Shown here one piece after another: positions 48,641 through 56,715 of a DNA stretch of 64,000 nt; the stretch's first letter is position 1, and every line of letters starts with the position of its first letter. The DNA is from Candidatus Bathyarchaeota archaeon (lineage in GTDB: Archaea; Thermoproteota; Bathyarchaeia; 40CM-2-53-6). The DNA lies in the NCBI GenBank assembly GCA_005881695.1, contig VBBT01000104.1, forward strand, positions 14,941 through 78,940. The letters run 5' to 3'. The notes beneath the pieces are model-generated. The model worked only from the letters and a program-made list of their open reading frames with translations. It was not told the DNA's origin and made no database searches. A program made the translations under genes and the position numbers.

Positions 48641-49174
48641 CTAGGCCTCTGGCAGACCTAGGTTTTCCTTTCTCAATTTGCGAAATGCGATCGGAAACCA
48701 GGGAGTGTATTTCTCTGGATTCTCGTCCACATCATTTTGGAGCTCGGTGAGGGTGATCCATTTCCAGTCGTCTACCTCTTCAGGATTCGGTTTCGGGTCT
48801 CTATCATATTGACCGACAAAGACATGATCGAACTCGTGTTCTGTCAAGCCGCTCTTCTGGTCGGTAGCCTTGTACACGAAGCTGAAGGTCTCCTTCAGCG
48901 GGGTATCAAAGCCCAACTCCTGCTTCAGCTTTCTATGGACTGCAGCCTCCAGTTTCTCACCCTTTGTTGGATGACTGCAACACGGGTTACTCCATAAGCT
49001 CTGAAAGTGGTGTTTTGCTTTCGACCTAAGTTGGAGAAGCGCCTCGTTCTTGGAATTGAAGATGAAGATGGAAAAGGCTCTGTGCAGTTTCCCGCCATCG
49101 CGATGAGCTGCTAGCTTTTCTTCGTATCCGATTGGATTGTCTTTCTCATCAACTAGGACAATGATTTCAGGCAT
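48641..49174 (-). CDS. idi: Isopentenyl-diphosphate delta-isomerase, type 1 (Nudix)
   Basis: HRAFSIFIFNSKNEALLQLRSKAKHHFQSLWSNPCCSHP, the Cys/Glu catalytic region, within a Nudix fold; 177 aa. Confidence 0.8.
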   Translation of the reverse strand: MPEIIVLVDEKDNPIGYEEKLAAHRDGGKLHRAFSIFIFNSKNEALLQLRSKAKHHFQSLWSNPCCSHPTKGEKLEAAVHRKLKQELGFDTPLKETFSFVYKATDQKSGLTEHEFDHVFVGQYDRDPKPNPEEVDDWKWITLTELQNDVDENPEKYTPWFPIAFRKLRKENLGLPEA

Positions 49175-49242
49175 TTTCTTTCTCTGTTTGTCGAGGTAGG
49201 AACCGCTCTTTTTCTGCCTTTCCGACTGGAGTCATTCGAGGA

Positions 49243-50235
49243 TTAGTCGACTCCTCGCACGTCAAGGGACACGTTGTAAATCGTTCCTCCACGCGTTCGT
49301 AATTCCCTCGCAATCCTCGATCGAGCCTTTTTGTCCGCGCACAGCGCTATGATACATCCGCCGCCTCCGGCGCCCGTGAGTTTGGCTCCGAGAGCTCCTC
49401 CTTTCCTGGCCGCAGCCACAAGTCTATTTAGCATGGGTGTTGAAACGCCAATCTGACGGAGTAATTCGTGGTTTCTGTTCATCAAGGACCCCAGCTCGTT
49501 GTCGTCTTCGCTCTGTAGAGCCTTGACCACGGCGTTCGACAATGTATTGATCTCCTCTAGATGAGTTTGAAACCCTTCTGTTTGTTCCCGGGACCTTTTG
49601 ACTACCGACCCTACCAAAGCTTTTGTTGACCGGTGAATTCCCGAGTCACATACAAGAATCATTGGTGGTCGTTTGACGTTGACCGACTTGATCTTTGAGG
49701 GTTTTCTGAACTGAATGATTCCGCCATATGTGCAAGTTGCCTGGTCGACCCCCGAAGGGTGTCCGTGAAGATAGTTCTCTGGAATGAAAGCGAGCTTGAA
49801 AATTTCTCGTCGGTCGAGTCGCGTTCCTCTCGATTTGGCTACTGCGGAGATGGTTGCGACCGTAGTAGAGGCAGAGGAGCCGAGGCCTGCGCCGATAGGA
49901 ATCTGGCAATTGGCATCTACATGGACGCTTCGTTCTTCGGTTCCTAGGTGGTCGAGTGTAGCACTCGCTGCGAGGCGTAGTGGTTCTAGAAGCTCTTGAT
50001 TCTCGGCAGAGGACGATCGTTTGTCGGCGTCGCCGACTAGATGAAGCGGAATGTCAGCAGTTACTTCAATTCTGCCACTCTGAGATGGCCTTACGTCTAT
50101 CTTTGAGTAGAGATTGACAGCCATCGCGACAGCTGGTGCGCCGAGGACGACGAATTGTTCTCCTGACAATATGATTTTTCCAGGCGCTCTGGACGAGATG
50201 GTCGATAGAGAAGTTGATGGCGAGGACGAGCTCAC
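49243..50235 (-). CDS. mvk: Mevalonate kinase (GHMP kinase)
   Basis: APGKIILSGEQFVVLGAPAVA, GLGSSAS GHMP motif. The start is proposed at GTG 50235, overlapping the upstream TGA stop (GTGA). The longer annotated N-terminus of about 50 aa is unsupported. Confidence 0.8.
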   Translation of the reverse strand: MSSSSPSTSLSTISSRAPGKIILSGEQFVVLGAPAVAMAVNLYSKIDVRPSQSGRIEVTADIPLHLVGDADKRSSSAENQELLEPLRLAASATLDHLGTEERSVHVDANCQIPIGAGLGSSASTTVATISAVAKSRGTRLDRREIFKLAFIPENYLHGHPSGVDQATCTYGGIIQFRKPSKIKSVNVKRPPMILVCDSGIHRSTKALVGSVVKRSREQTEGFQTHLEEINTLSNAVVKALQSEDDNELGSLMNRNHELLRQIGVSTPMLNRLVAAARKGGALGAKLTGAGGGGCIIALCADKKARSRIARELRTRGGTIYNVSLDVRGVD

Positions 50236-51080
50236 TTCGTAAATGCGATCGCCGCGTAACCAACTACTGAACGCTTGTCCCCTGCCGTGTCTCCACTCGT
50301 CTGGTATGATAGCAACTTGGCCTGTTTCGCGCCAAGGATCTTGGACGCGTGTATGACAGCCGTGACGGGGCCGTATCCGCATGCTGACACGTGGTTTTCT
50401 TCGATCATGTCCTGGAATTTTTTCTCGTCCATTTCGAGAACCGCCTGGAGGGCTTCCATGTCCTTTTTCTTCGCCGCTTCGTGGGATTCGTAGTGGGTCC
50501 AGTCTGATGAGGCGATAAGCATCGCTCCTGTCCCAGTGGAGGCTTTGGCGATAGCGTTGCCTATTTCCATGCTCGTTTCAAGGTCTTGAAGCATCATGCA
50601 GATCGGCACGAACTGGAAACGTCTTGGATAGATGAATTGTAGGAAGGGAAGTTGGACTTCTATCGAGTGTTCTCTCTTGTGAGCTTCCTCTTCGACATCG
50701 ATTAAACCCGATAATCTCGTAATGGAGGAAGCTAGCAAGCTGTTGACAGGAACCTCACCGAGCGGAGTTGCCCATTGCCCCTCAGTCATTGTTGAGACGC
50801 CGCTTCCGTAGCCGGTATGGTTCGGCCCCAGGATTATCACGGACTTTCTCAAGCCTGAAGTGGCCAAGCGATAGTAGCTGTTTGCAGCGACGGGTCCAGA
50901 GTAATCGTAACCCGCGTGTGGAACAACGATCGCCACAAGCTGGTCGTCAGGTATGGCGGGAACGGATGGAATAGATCTTGGTCCGAGAGGATGCAGGAAA
51001 CAGTTGTGTATCTGGGTCCGAAGCGCGCCTTCAGTATCAGGGTAGAAGGTGCCTGCTTGTGCTGGAGGGCGTGTTTTCAC
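50232..51080 (-). CDS. Memo-like protein (AmmeMemoRadiSam system protein B family)
   Basis: AGTFYPDTEGALRTQI ... VVPHAGYDYSGPVAA ... ILGPNHTG. GTG start overlaps the rps2 stop (GTGA). Confidence 0.75.
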   Translation of the reverse strand: MKTRPPAQAGTFYPDTEGALRTQIHNCFLHPLGPRSIPSVPAIPDDQLVAIVVPHAGYDYSGPVAANSYYRLATSGLRKSVIILGPNHTGYGSGVSTMTEGQWATPLGEVPVNSLLASSITRLSGLIDVEEEAHKREHSIEVQLPFLQFIYPRRFQFVPICMMLQDLETSMEIGNAIAKASTGTGAMLIASSDWTHYESHEAAKKKDMEALQAVLEMDEKKFQDMIEENHVSACGYGPVTAVIHASKILGAKQAKLLSYQTSGDTAGDKRSVVGYAAIAFTK

Positions 51081-51757
51081 GCCTCTCCACCGGAAGCTCG
51101 TCCCATGGGCATGGCGGCAAGCTTCGTTTCAAAATCATCCACCGTCAGCGGAATCGTTCCATCTTGAGGGAGCTCTCCTCTTTCGCGGAGCACCTGTCTG
51201 GCAAGTAGCCAGTAGACAACAGCTAGGGCTCTCCTGCCCTTGTTGTTTACCGGAATCACGAAATCAACACCAGCAAAGACGTTGTCAGTGTCGCATAGGG
51301 CTATGACGGGCACGCCGACGGATGTGGCTTCTTTGATCGCTTGCCAGTCAGCTCGAGGATCAGTGACCAGAACCACCTGCGGCTCGGCGTGATGAGGCTG
51401 TAAAGGATTCGATATCAACCCTGGCATGAATCGGCCTACAATCGGAACCGTTCTCGTTATCTCCGCGAACCTTTCCACGGGGGTCTTACCGTAAAGTCTG
51501 GAGGATACTGCCAGCACTCTGCCAGGATCGAATCGGCCCATGAACCTCGCGGCGATTTTTATCTTCTCGTTAGTATCGCCAATGTTGAGGATGAACAGGC
51601 CGTCGGGGCGGACTCTGAAAATGTACCTTTCCATGTCCACGGTCTTGATTCGTGTGCCTATGTGGAGGCCGGCTGCCAAGAGCTCTTCGAGGGAGAGGAG
51701 GAGATTTTCTGCTCTCGGTATCGCTTCCCTATCCTCGATGTCTTGGCTTTCCAACAT
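51077..51757 (-). CDS. rps2: 30S ribosomal protein S2 (uS2)
   Basis: AAGLHIGTRIKTVDMERYIFRVRPDGLFILNIGDT...; 226 aa. Confidence 0.9.
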   Translation of the reverse strand: MLESQDIEDREAIPRAENLLLSLEELLAAGLHIGTRIKTVDMERYIFRVRPDGLFILNIGDTNEKIKIAARFMGRFDPGRVLAVSSRLYGKTPVERFAEITRTVPIVGRFMPGLISNPLQPHHAEPQVVLVTDPRADWQAIKEATSVGVPVIALCDTDNVFAGVDFVIPVNNKGRRALAVVYWLLARQVLRERGELPQDGTIPLTVDDFETKLAAMPMGRASGGEA

Positions 51758-51767
51758 GGTTCCTCGT

Positions 51768-51992
51768 CTATATGATCTCGGCTCGCTTCTTGGCGGAGAC
51801 TTGGGGGTACTTTAGGAACTCGTCGATTATTTCGACGTGAGTTATGAGCATTCTTCGACAGCAGTATCGTCGGATCCCTAGCTCGTCCAGCACCTTGATG
51901 GGCCTGTCGCCAGCCCTGACTCGAAGGCTGAACGTTTCCCATTTGTCAGCTATCTGCTTGCCGCAGGTGAAGCATCTTACCGGGATGATCAT
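51768..51992 (-). CDS. rpoN: DNA-directed RNA polymerase subunit N (Rpb10 homolog)
   Basis: [21 protein letters not shown]...[17 protein letters not shown] zinc-binding CxxC...CC motif. The start is proposed at the internal Met (51992). Confidence 0.85.
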   Translation of the reverse strand: MIIPVRCFTCGKQIADKWETFSLRVRAGDRPIKVLDELGIRRYCCRRMLITHVEIIDEFLKYPQVSAKKRAEII

Positions 51993-51999
51993 TTCATTC

Positions 52000-52410
52000 T
52001 TACCTGTACGATTTCTGTTTTCTCCGTCGTGCACTTGGCCCGCCGAACTTTTTCGGTTCGGTTACTCGTTGATCCCCAGCCAGCATTACCCTGTCGAAGG
52101 CGATGAAGTTCTTTCTCAGCTCGCTGCTCTTTGTCCACGAGGCAAGTGATCGCGCGATCGCAATTCTGGCCGCCTCAGCTTGGCCCATGAAACCTCCACC
52201 ATTAACGGATACGCGGATGTCCACTCCTTTGGCTCGTTCCCCAGCTATGATGAGCGGTTCTTGGATCTTCATCCGGACGACCTCGGGACTAACATAGTCG
52301 AGAGAATGATCGTTAAAGTAGATTCGACCTTTTCCAGGTTTCACGACAGCGCGGGCTATCGCGGTCTTTCGCTTACCCGTTTCGAGAACAGGTTTCTTCT
52401 TCTCACTCAG
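52000..52410 (-). CDS. rps9: 30S ribosomal protein S9 (uS9); apparent CTG start overlapping the rpl13 stop
   Basis: (M)[36 protein letters not shown]...[19 protein letters not shown]...RRKQKSYR. The only in-frame initiator-like codon between the rpl13 stop (52407..52409) and the conserved [11 protein letters not shown] is CTG at 52410..52408 (CTGA overlap). The ORF-track N-terminal extension lies inside rpl13. Confidence 0.8.
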   Translation of the reverse strand: MSEKKKPVLETGKRKTAIARAVVKPGKGRIYFNDHSLDYVSPEVVRMKIQEPLIIAGERAKGVDIRVSVNGGGFMGQAEAARIAIARSLASWTKSSELRKNFIAFDRVMLAGDQRVTEPKKFGGPSARRRKQKSYR

Positions 52411-52868
52411 GCGGGAATGCCTCCAATCTCTTCCGCTAGCTGAGCAACAGTGATGAAGGGAACTCTCAGCTTTGACGCGTTCGCATGAGACACAGTGTTG
52501 TAGGTTTTTCCTTCGTACTCCTTTGGAATCCCAATGTAGACCATGACTCGGTGGAAAGCCTCCTTTCCATGCGTCTTCTTCCAAGGGAGCATTCCTCTGA
52601 TAACTCTCCGGACGTAGTTGTCAGGCCTTCTAGGATGAGTTGGAGCCTTATCCTGGCTACCGAGCGTTCGCGTTTTCAGTTTTGTCTTCGCCCGCGCGAC
52701 AACTCGGGCCTTTGTCCCAGAGATGATCGCACGTTCAGCATTCAACACGACCATCTTCTTCCCCTCCAAGGCTTGCTTCGCAACGTAACTCGCCATTCTT
52801 CCCAAAATCAGATTAGATGCGTCAACAACTTCCTCTTCCGGCGAGAGGCTTGCAACCATTTTTTTCAA
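52407..52868 (-). CDS. rpl13: 50S ribosomal protein L13 (uL13)
   Basis: MKKMVASLSPEEEVVDASNLILGRMASYVAKQALEGKKMVVLNAE...; ATGA overlap with rpoD. Confidence 0.9.
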   Translation of the reverse strand: MKKMVASLSPEEEVVDASNLILGRMASYVAKQALEGKKMVVLNAERAIISGTKARVVARAKTKLKTRTLGSQDKAPTHPRRPDNYVRRVIRGMLPWKKTHGKEAFHRVMVYIGIPKEYEGKTYNTVSHANASKLRVPFITVAQLAEEIGGIPA

Positions 52869-53500
52869 CTTTCAGTCATTCCTCCAAGTCCTTCTCCGAA
52901 GCCTACGGATTTTGCGTTAATGATCCGTGCTGCCTCGAGGACAATCTTTTCGGGAGGCATAGTTCCAGTCGACTCGACAAGGAACGTGAAAGTTCGAGCT
53001 TTCTCGTCATAGTTGTAGGTCGCGGCTGAGACAGATTGCCATTTCGCGTGGACATTTCCTCTCCCCAACCGGGCGTATGCTTCGAGCTTGATCCTTTGGC
53101 CTGCAGTGAGTTTCACTATAGGGATCTTGTCCGAGACCGGCTTGACCTCCGGATTCTCAGGCTTAAGCTGGGAGGAGTATACCACCTCAATTGGTTCAGA
53201 GGCTTCTATCTCTAGCGAAAATGACGCCCGGCATTTCTCGCAGCCCAACTCGCTCTTACAGGTGCATTCTTCCGGTAGATTGTAAGAGCCGTCAGTTGTG
53301 ACAGGAACCAGTCCGAGTCGGTGCGCAAGAATCTCATCATACATAACGGAGTTATTCTCAAGGATCATGACGTCGTCAATCGCCATCACCGGAATCTCTG
53401 AAATCATTATCCGGCGTAGCGCGTTGGCAAAGGCTGGCGATACGTCTGAAAGCACGAAGCGGAGGGTCTCTTGTTCCTTGCTCAGGAGTTTAATGTCCAT
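52865..53500 (-). CDS. rpoD: DNA-directed RNA polymerase subunit D (Rpb3 homolog)
   Basis: LRFVLSDVSPAFANALRRIMISEIPVMAIDDVMILENNSVMYDEILAHRLGLVPV; 211 aa. Confidence 0.9.
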   Translation of the reverse strand: MDIKLLSKEQETLRFVLSDVSPAFANALRRIMISEIPVMAIDDVMILENNSVMYDEILAHRLGLVPVTTDGSYNLPEECTCKSELGCEKCRASFSLEIEASEPIEVVYSSQLKPENPEVKPVSDKIPIVKLTAGQRIKLEAYARLGRGNVHAKWQSVSAATYNYDEKARTFTFLVESTGTMPPEKIVLEAARIINAKSVGFGEGLGGMTES

Positions 53501-53645
53501 CTAGCTATCATACTTCCAGGATGAAGGTGACCCGGGCAAGCGGTCCGGACTTTATTTAAAGCTGACGAGAAAATGAGCCCGAAAAACCAGAACAGCCACG
53601 GAAACAGCCCCGCAGGTGGGCATTGTTATCGTAGGTAGTGAGTTG

Positions 53646-54188
53646 CTAGATCGAGAAGAAGAGGATTCCAAAGTAGATATTGACCAGCCCGATCGCGATA
53701 GCGATCGGTGGAAAGGCTAGCACTGAGCCTACGAACTCAAAAATGTCCTCGACGAACCTCAGCAAGACGTAGATTGCGAGAGTTGCAATGAGGAAGACAA
53801 CCACGAGAACGGTGGTGCTTGTAAATATGGATGGGAGAAATGTTCTGAGAAAGTATGCTATCAGCAACCCCAACGCGAGGGAGAGGAGAGAGGCCCAACG
53901 AACGTTTCGAATGGGACGTGAGATAAGAAGAATCCCGAGTAGAATCATCGCCGGCAAGAAATACTTCAGATAGGGCGAACTTGTCGACGATGCAACAGCG
54001 TCAGAAATTGCGCCCGAGAGAAATCCGAGGCTGAGGGCATAGTCAACTGCGACTATGAGCACTAGTATGCCGACAGCGAACCCTAGAACGGATAGCGCGC
54101 GTCCGAGCGCCTGAGAGACGCGTTTGAAGAGGGGGGCGCAGGCACAGATTCCTCCTGCAACTAGTATTATGCCTGCCGAGAAGACCAT
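53646..54188 (-). CDS. Hypothetical integral membrane protein (occupies the position where rps11 is usually found)
   Basis: 180 aa, 5-6 TM helices, no recognisable family. Confidence 0.4.
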   Translation of the reverse strand: MVFSAGIILVAGGICACAPLFKRVSQALGRALSVLGFAVGILVLIVAVDYALSLGFLSGAISDAVASSTSSPYLKYFLPAMILLGILLISRPIRNVRWASLLSLALGLLIAYFLRTFLPSIFTSTTVLVVVFLIATLAIYVLLRFVEDIFEFVGSVLAFPPIAIAIGLVNIYFGILFFSI

Positions 54189-54236
54189 GATCTGTGCTAG
54201 TCTCGGATGGAGTAAGTGCTCAGTTTAAGTGGCTTG

Positions 54237-54923
54237 CTACTTTTTCTCTGGTTCGGGCTCAGCTGCCAGTTCTTCCTCTGGCTCGACAAGTACCAAAGGC
54301 TGCTCCGCCTGAACTTCTTCTTTGACCTCCGGCGGAACCGCTGGGAGACCAGTTATGGCGGGCACTGCGATAGGCGCCTCCTCTATGACCCTGGCAAGTC
54401 TCTTGCCTCCGGGCGCCGCTCGCGCAGGGTGCTGCGCATTCGTCAGTGGGCTTCTCTGGTTGAAGGCTATTCTTGACTCTTCATCTCGCTTGACAATGTA
54501 ACTTGGCACTGACACAATCTCGTTTGCGATGCTGATGTGTCCATGACTGACGAACTGACGTGCCTGGTGAATACTCCTCGCCAGTCCCGACCGGTAAACG
54601 ATTGTTTGGAGACGCCTCTCCATCAAATCCTTGACATTGAGATCGAGGATATTATCGACACTGGCAGATTCCGGTAAGATTCCAAGCCGAGCGAGACGTC
54701 TAAGGTACTGGGTTTCAATCTGGGATTTTTGTTCTTCTGATCCGCCGAGGAGAGATCTTGCTATCCCGCGAATCTTCGATAGCATCGTCTCGTGACGCCT
54801 GAGTTCCCGCTTGTTTCTGAGGCCATACTCACCAAGGAGATGGAGTTCGGCTTCGAGTTGTTCCTTTCGCCATGGATGGCGAGGAGTCTCGTATGTCTTT
54901 CTCGGCTTTCTCGGATCTCCCAA
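54237..54923 (-). CDS. rps4: 30S ribosomal protein S4 (uS4) with an acidic/Pro-rich C-terminal extension
   Basis: MGDPRKPRKTYETPRHPWRKEQLEAELHLLGEYGLRNKRELRRHETMLSKIR... plus an S4 RNA-binding domain. The extra C-terminal 45 aa are rich in E/P/A/V. Confidence 0.85.
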   Translation of the reverse strand: MGDPRKPRKTYETPRHPWRKEQLEAELHLLGEYGLRNKRELRRHETMLSKIRGIARSLLGGSEEQKSQIETQYLRRLARLGILPESASVDNILDLNVKDLMERRLQTIVYRSGLARSIHQARQFVSHGHISIANEIVSVPSYIVKRDEESRIAFNQRSPLTNAQHPARAAPGGKRLARVIEEAPIAVPAITGLPAVPPEVKEEVQAEQPLVLVEPEEELAAEPEPEKK

Positions 54924-54926
54924 GTA

Positions 54927-55427
54927 TTAGTCCTTCTTCTCTTCCTTCTTCCCTGTCGCTGCCGCTCGTGCCGCTTCCATGAGGACCTTCTTCTTGACTC
55001 CCACTGCCTTTCCGGAACGCCCTGTAGTTCTTGTTCGCTGGCCTCTCACTTTCAATCCAAGGGAGTGTCGGATCCCCTTCCAGCTCTTGATATCCTTCAT
55101 CAGATCGATATCGGCCTTGTTTCTGAGAGCGAGATCCGGGCCAACAAGGTGCATGTCCCGCCCACTCTCGATATCCTTTCTGCGATTGAACAATCGTGAG
55201 GGTATCCCATGCTTCGCCGGATCCTTGATGACGTCCTCTAATCTTGCAATCTCCGTCTCGCTGAGACTCCCTATCCTCGCCTCAGGGCTGATCCGGGCTA
55301 CTTTCACGACAGCTTGGGCGAAATTCGGCCCAACTCCTCGTATCCTGCTCAGCCCGAACGGCACCTTCTTGGTCCCATCCACATCCGCTCCGAGTACACG
55401 GAGGATGAGCCTAAACTCTCTTGACAT
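54927..55427 (-). CDS. rps13: 30S ribosomal protein S13 (uS13)
   Basis: LRVLGADVDGTKKVPFGLSRIRGVGPNFAQAV...; 166 aa. Confidence 0.9.
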   Translation of the reverse strand: MSREFRLILRVLGADVDGTKKVPFGLSRIRGVGPNFAQAVVKVARISPEARIGSLSETEIARLEDVIKDPAKHGIPSRLFNRRKDIESGRDMHLVGPDLALRNKADIDLMKDIKSWKGIRHSLGLKVRGQRTRTTGRSGKAVGVKKKVLMEAARAAATGKKEEKKD

Positions 55428-55600
55428 CGCGCTTACACGAGGAAGAGGAAGCCTACCTCATCGCTTAATTTAACGTTTCGACTTTGCGACAGCTTTGCGC
55501 CTCACGAAACAAACGCTTAGCAAGTTTATGTCTGATCCGTTTTGGATCTCCCAAAGTGATCTTGTTTTCTCAACTCCAAGTTTCCGTTTCGGTTGCAAAC

Positions 55601-55675
55601 TTTTTTCTCCGGTGAAAAAGTTCGTACAACGAAAATTTTCTACGACAGCAGATTTTTTTCTCACCGGAAAAATTT
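55601..55675. promoter_or_regulatory. Two near-palindromic TTTTTC-N-CCGG-N-GAAAAA elements in the rps13/speH divergent intergenic region. A third copy lies at 56215..56234, after the speH stop.
   Basis: 55601 ttttttctccggtgaaaaag; 55653 tttttttctcaccggaaaaattt; 56215 ctttttcaccgggaatacgg. The first is an 18-nt near-perfect inverted repeat centred on CCGG. Confidence 0.45.
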
Positions 55676-55779
55676 ACCGACGAACTCGGTCTATGTGTAA
55701 ACAATTCTTAAATACGTCACGCGCCTTGTTGGCCATTCATCCGAAAAAAATTCGCGAGAAAGAGAAATCAACTCCAGAA

Positions 55780-56202
55780 ATGTTCGGACCTCATCTTACA
55801 CTGGATTTGTCGGAGTGTAATCCTGAAAAGCTCTCCGACCTTTCTTACATCTACAATCTCCTAGATGAGCTTCCGGATGTTATCGACATGCACAAGATCA
55901 CCGCGCCATACGTGTTCGTCTACAAACCGAAAGGGAATCCAACAGAGTGGGGGATCAGTGGCTTCGTGATCATTGCCGAGAGCCACATCAGTATTCACAC
56001 TTTCCCAGACAACAAGCATGCGTTCATGGACATTTTCAGCTGCAAACAATTCGACATTCACACGGCTGTCAACTACATCACATCCAAACTTGAGGCCCAG
56101 AAGGCGGACAAGAGACTCTCGGGAAGAGGAAAAGAGTATCCGCGCCAGGTCATCGCCGCAAGAGAAATCGTGGCAAGGTCCCGCCCAACGCTCAAGCACT
56201 AG
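55780..56202 (+). CDS. speH: S-adenosylmethionine decarboxylase proenzyme (pyruvoyl-dependent, SpeH type)
   Basis: MFGPHLTLDLSECNPEKL...GISGFVIIAESHISIHTFPDNKHAFMDIFSCKQFD. The ES/HIS processing site and the FSC motif are present. The ORF-track 5' extension (55495..55779) is AT-rich, repeat-containing non-coding sequence. Confidence 0.8.
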   Translation: MFGPHLTLDLSECNPEKLSDLSYIYNLLDELPDVIDMHKITAPYVFVYKPKGNPTEWGISGFVIIAESHISIHTFPDNKHAFMDIFSCKQFDIHTAVNYITSKLEAQKADKRLSGRGKEYPRQVIAAREIVARSRPTLKH

Positions 56203-56321
56203 ACGCAGAGAACACTTTTTCACCGGGAATACGGATGGATCCGCTGGCCGGAGTACGCATCACAACGAAACCTTAAATGACGTATTCCATCGGCGAGTGA
56301 CAAAGCTCCAGAAGTGAGACT

Positions 56322-56618
56322 GTGCCAACCATAGAAGTCGGACGCGTCTGCGTCAAACTCAATGGGAGAGAGGCCGGCCGCAAATGCGTCATAGTCGACG
56401 TTATCGACAAGAACTTTGTTCTCATCACGGGACCCAAGAAAGTGAACGGAGTCCGTCGTCGTCGAACCAACGTCAAACATGTTGAACCGACCCCGGAGAC
56501 CATCGAGATCAAGAAGGGCGCAGCTGACGAGGACGTCGCCAAAGTAGCTGAAAAGGCGAAGAAGACAGACTATCTGAAAGAGATAGTCACAATCAAAGAG
56601 ATCAGCGTAGCAGCCTAG
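56322..56618 (+). CDS. rpl14e: 50S ribosomal protein L14e
   Basis: MPTIEVGRVCVKLNGREAGRKCVIVDVIDKNFVLITGPKKVNGVRRRR. KOW-like. Confidence 0.85.
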   Translation: MPTIEVGRVCVKLNGREAGRKCVIVDVIDKNFVLITGPKKVNGVRRRRTNVKHVEPTPETIEIKKGAADEDVAKVAEKAKKTDYLKEIVTIKEISVAA

Positions 56619-56715
56619 TAAAAGACCAGACTGCGATCAGCGAATCCTAATCCAACCTAGATTGTGGACAACCACATCGTCTACGACAGTTTAAGAATCA
56701 GAAATCGCTCCATCC

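Noticed and set aside
55495-55779. N-terminal 95-aa extension of the speH ORF
   Set aside because: The region is AT-rich with palindromic repeats. The translation is low-complexity, and archaeal SpeH proteins begin at the MFGPHL... position.
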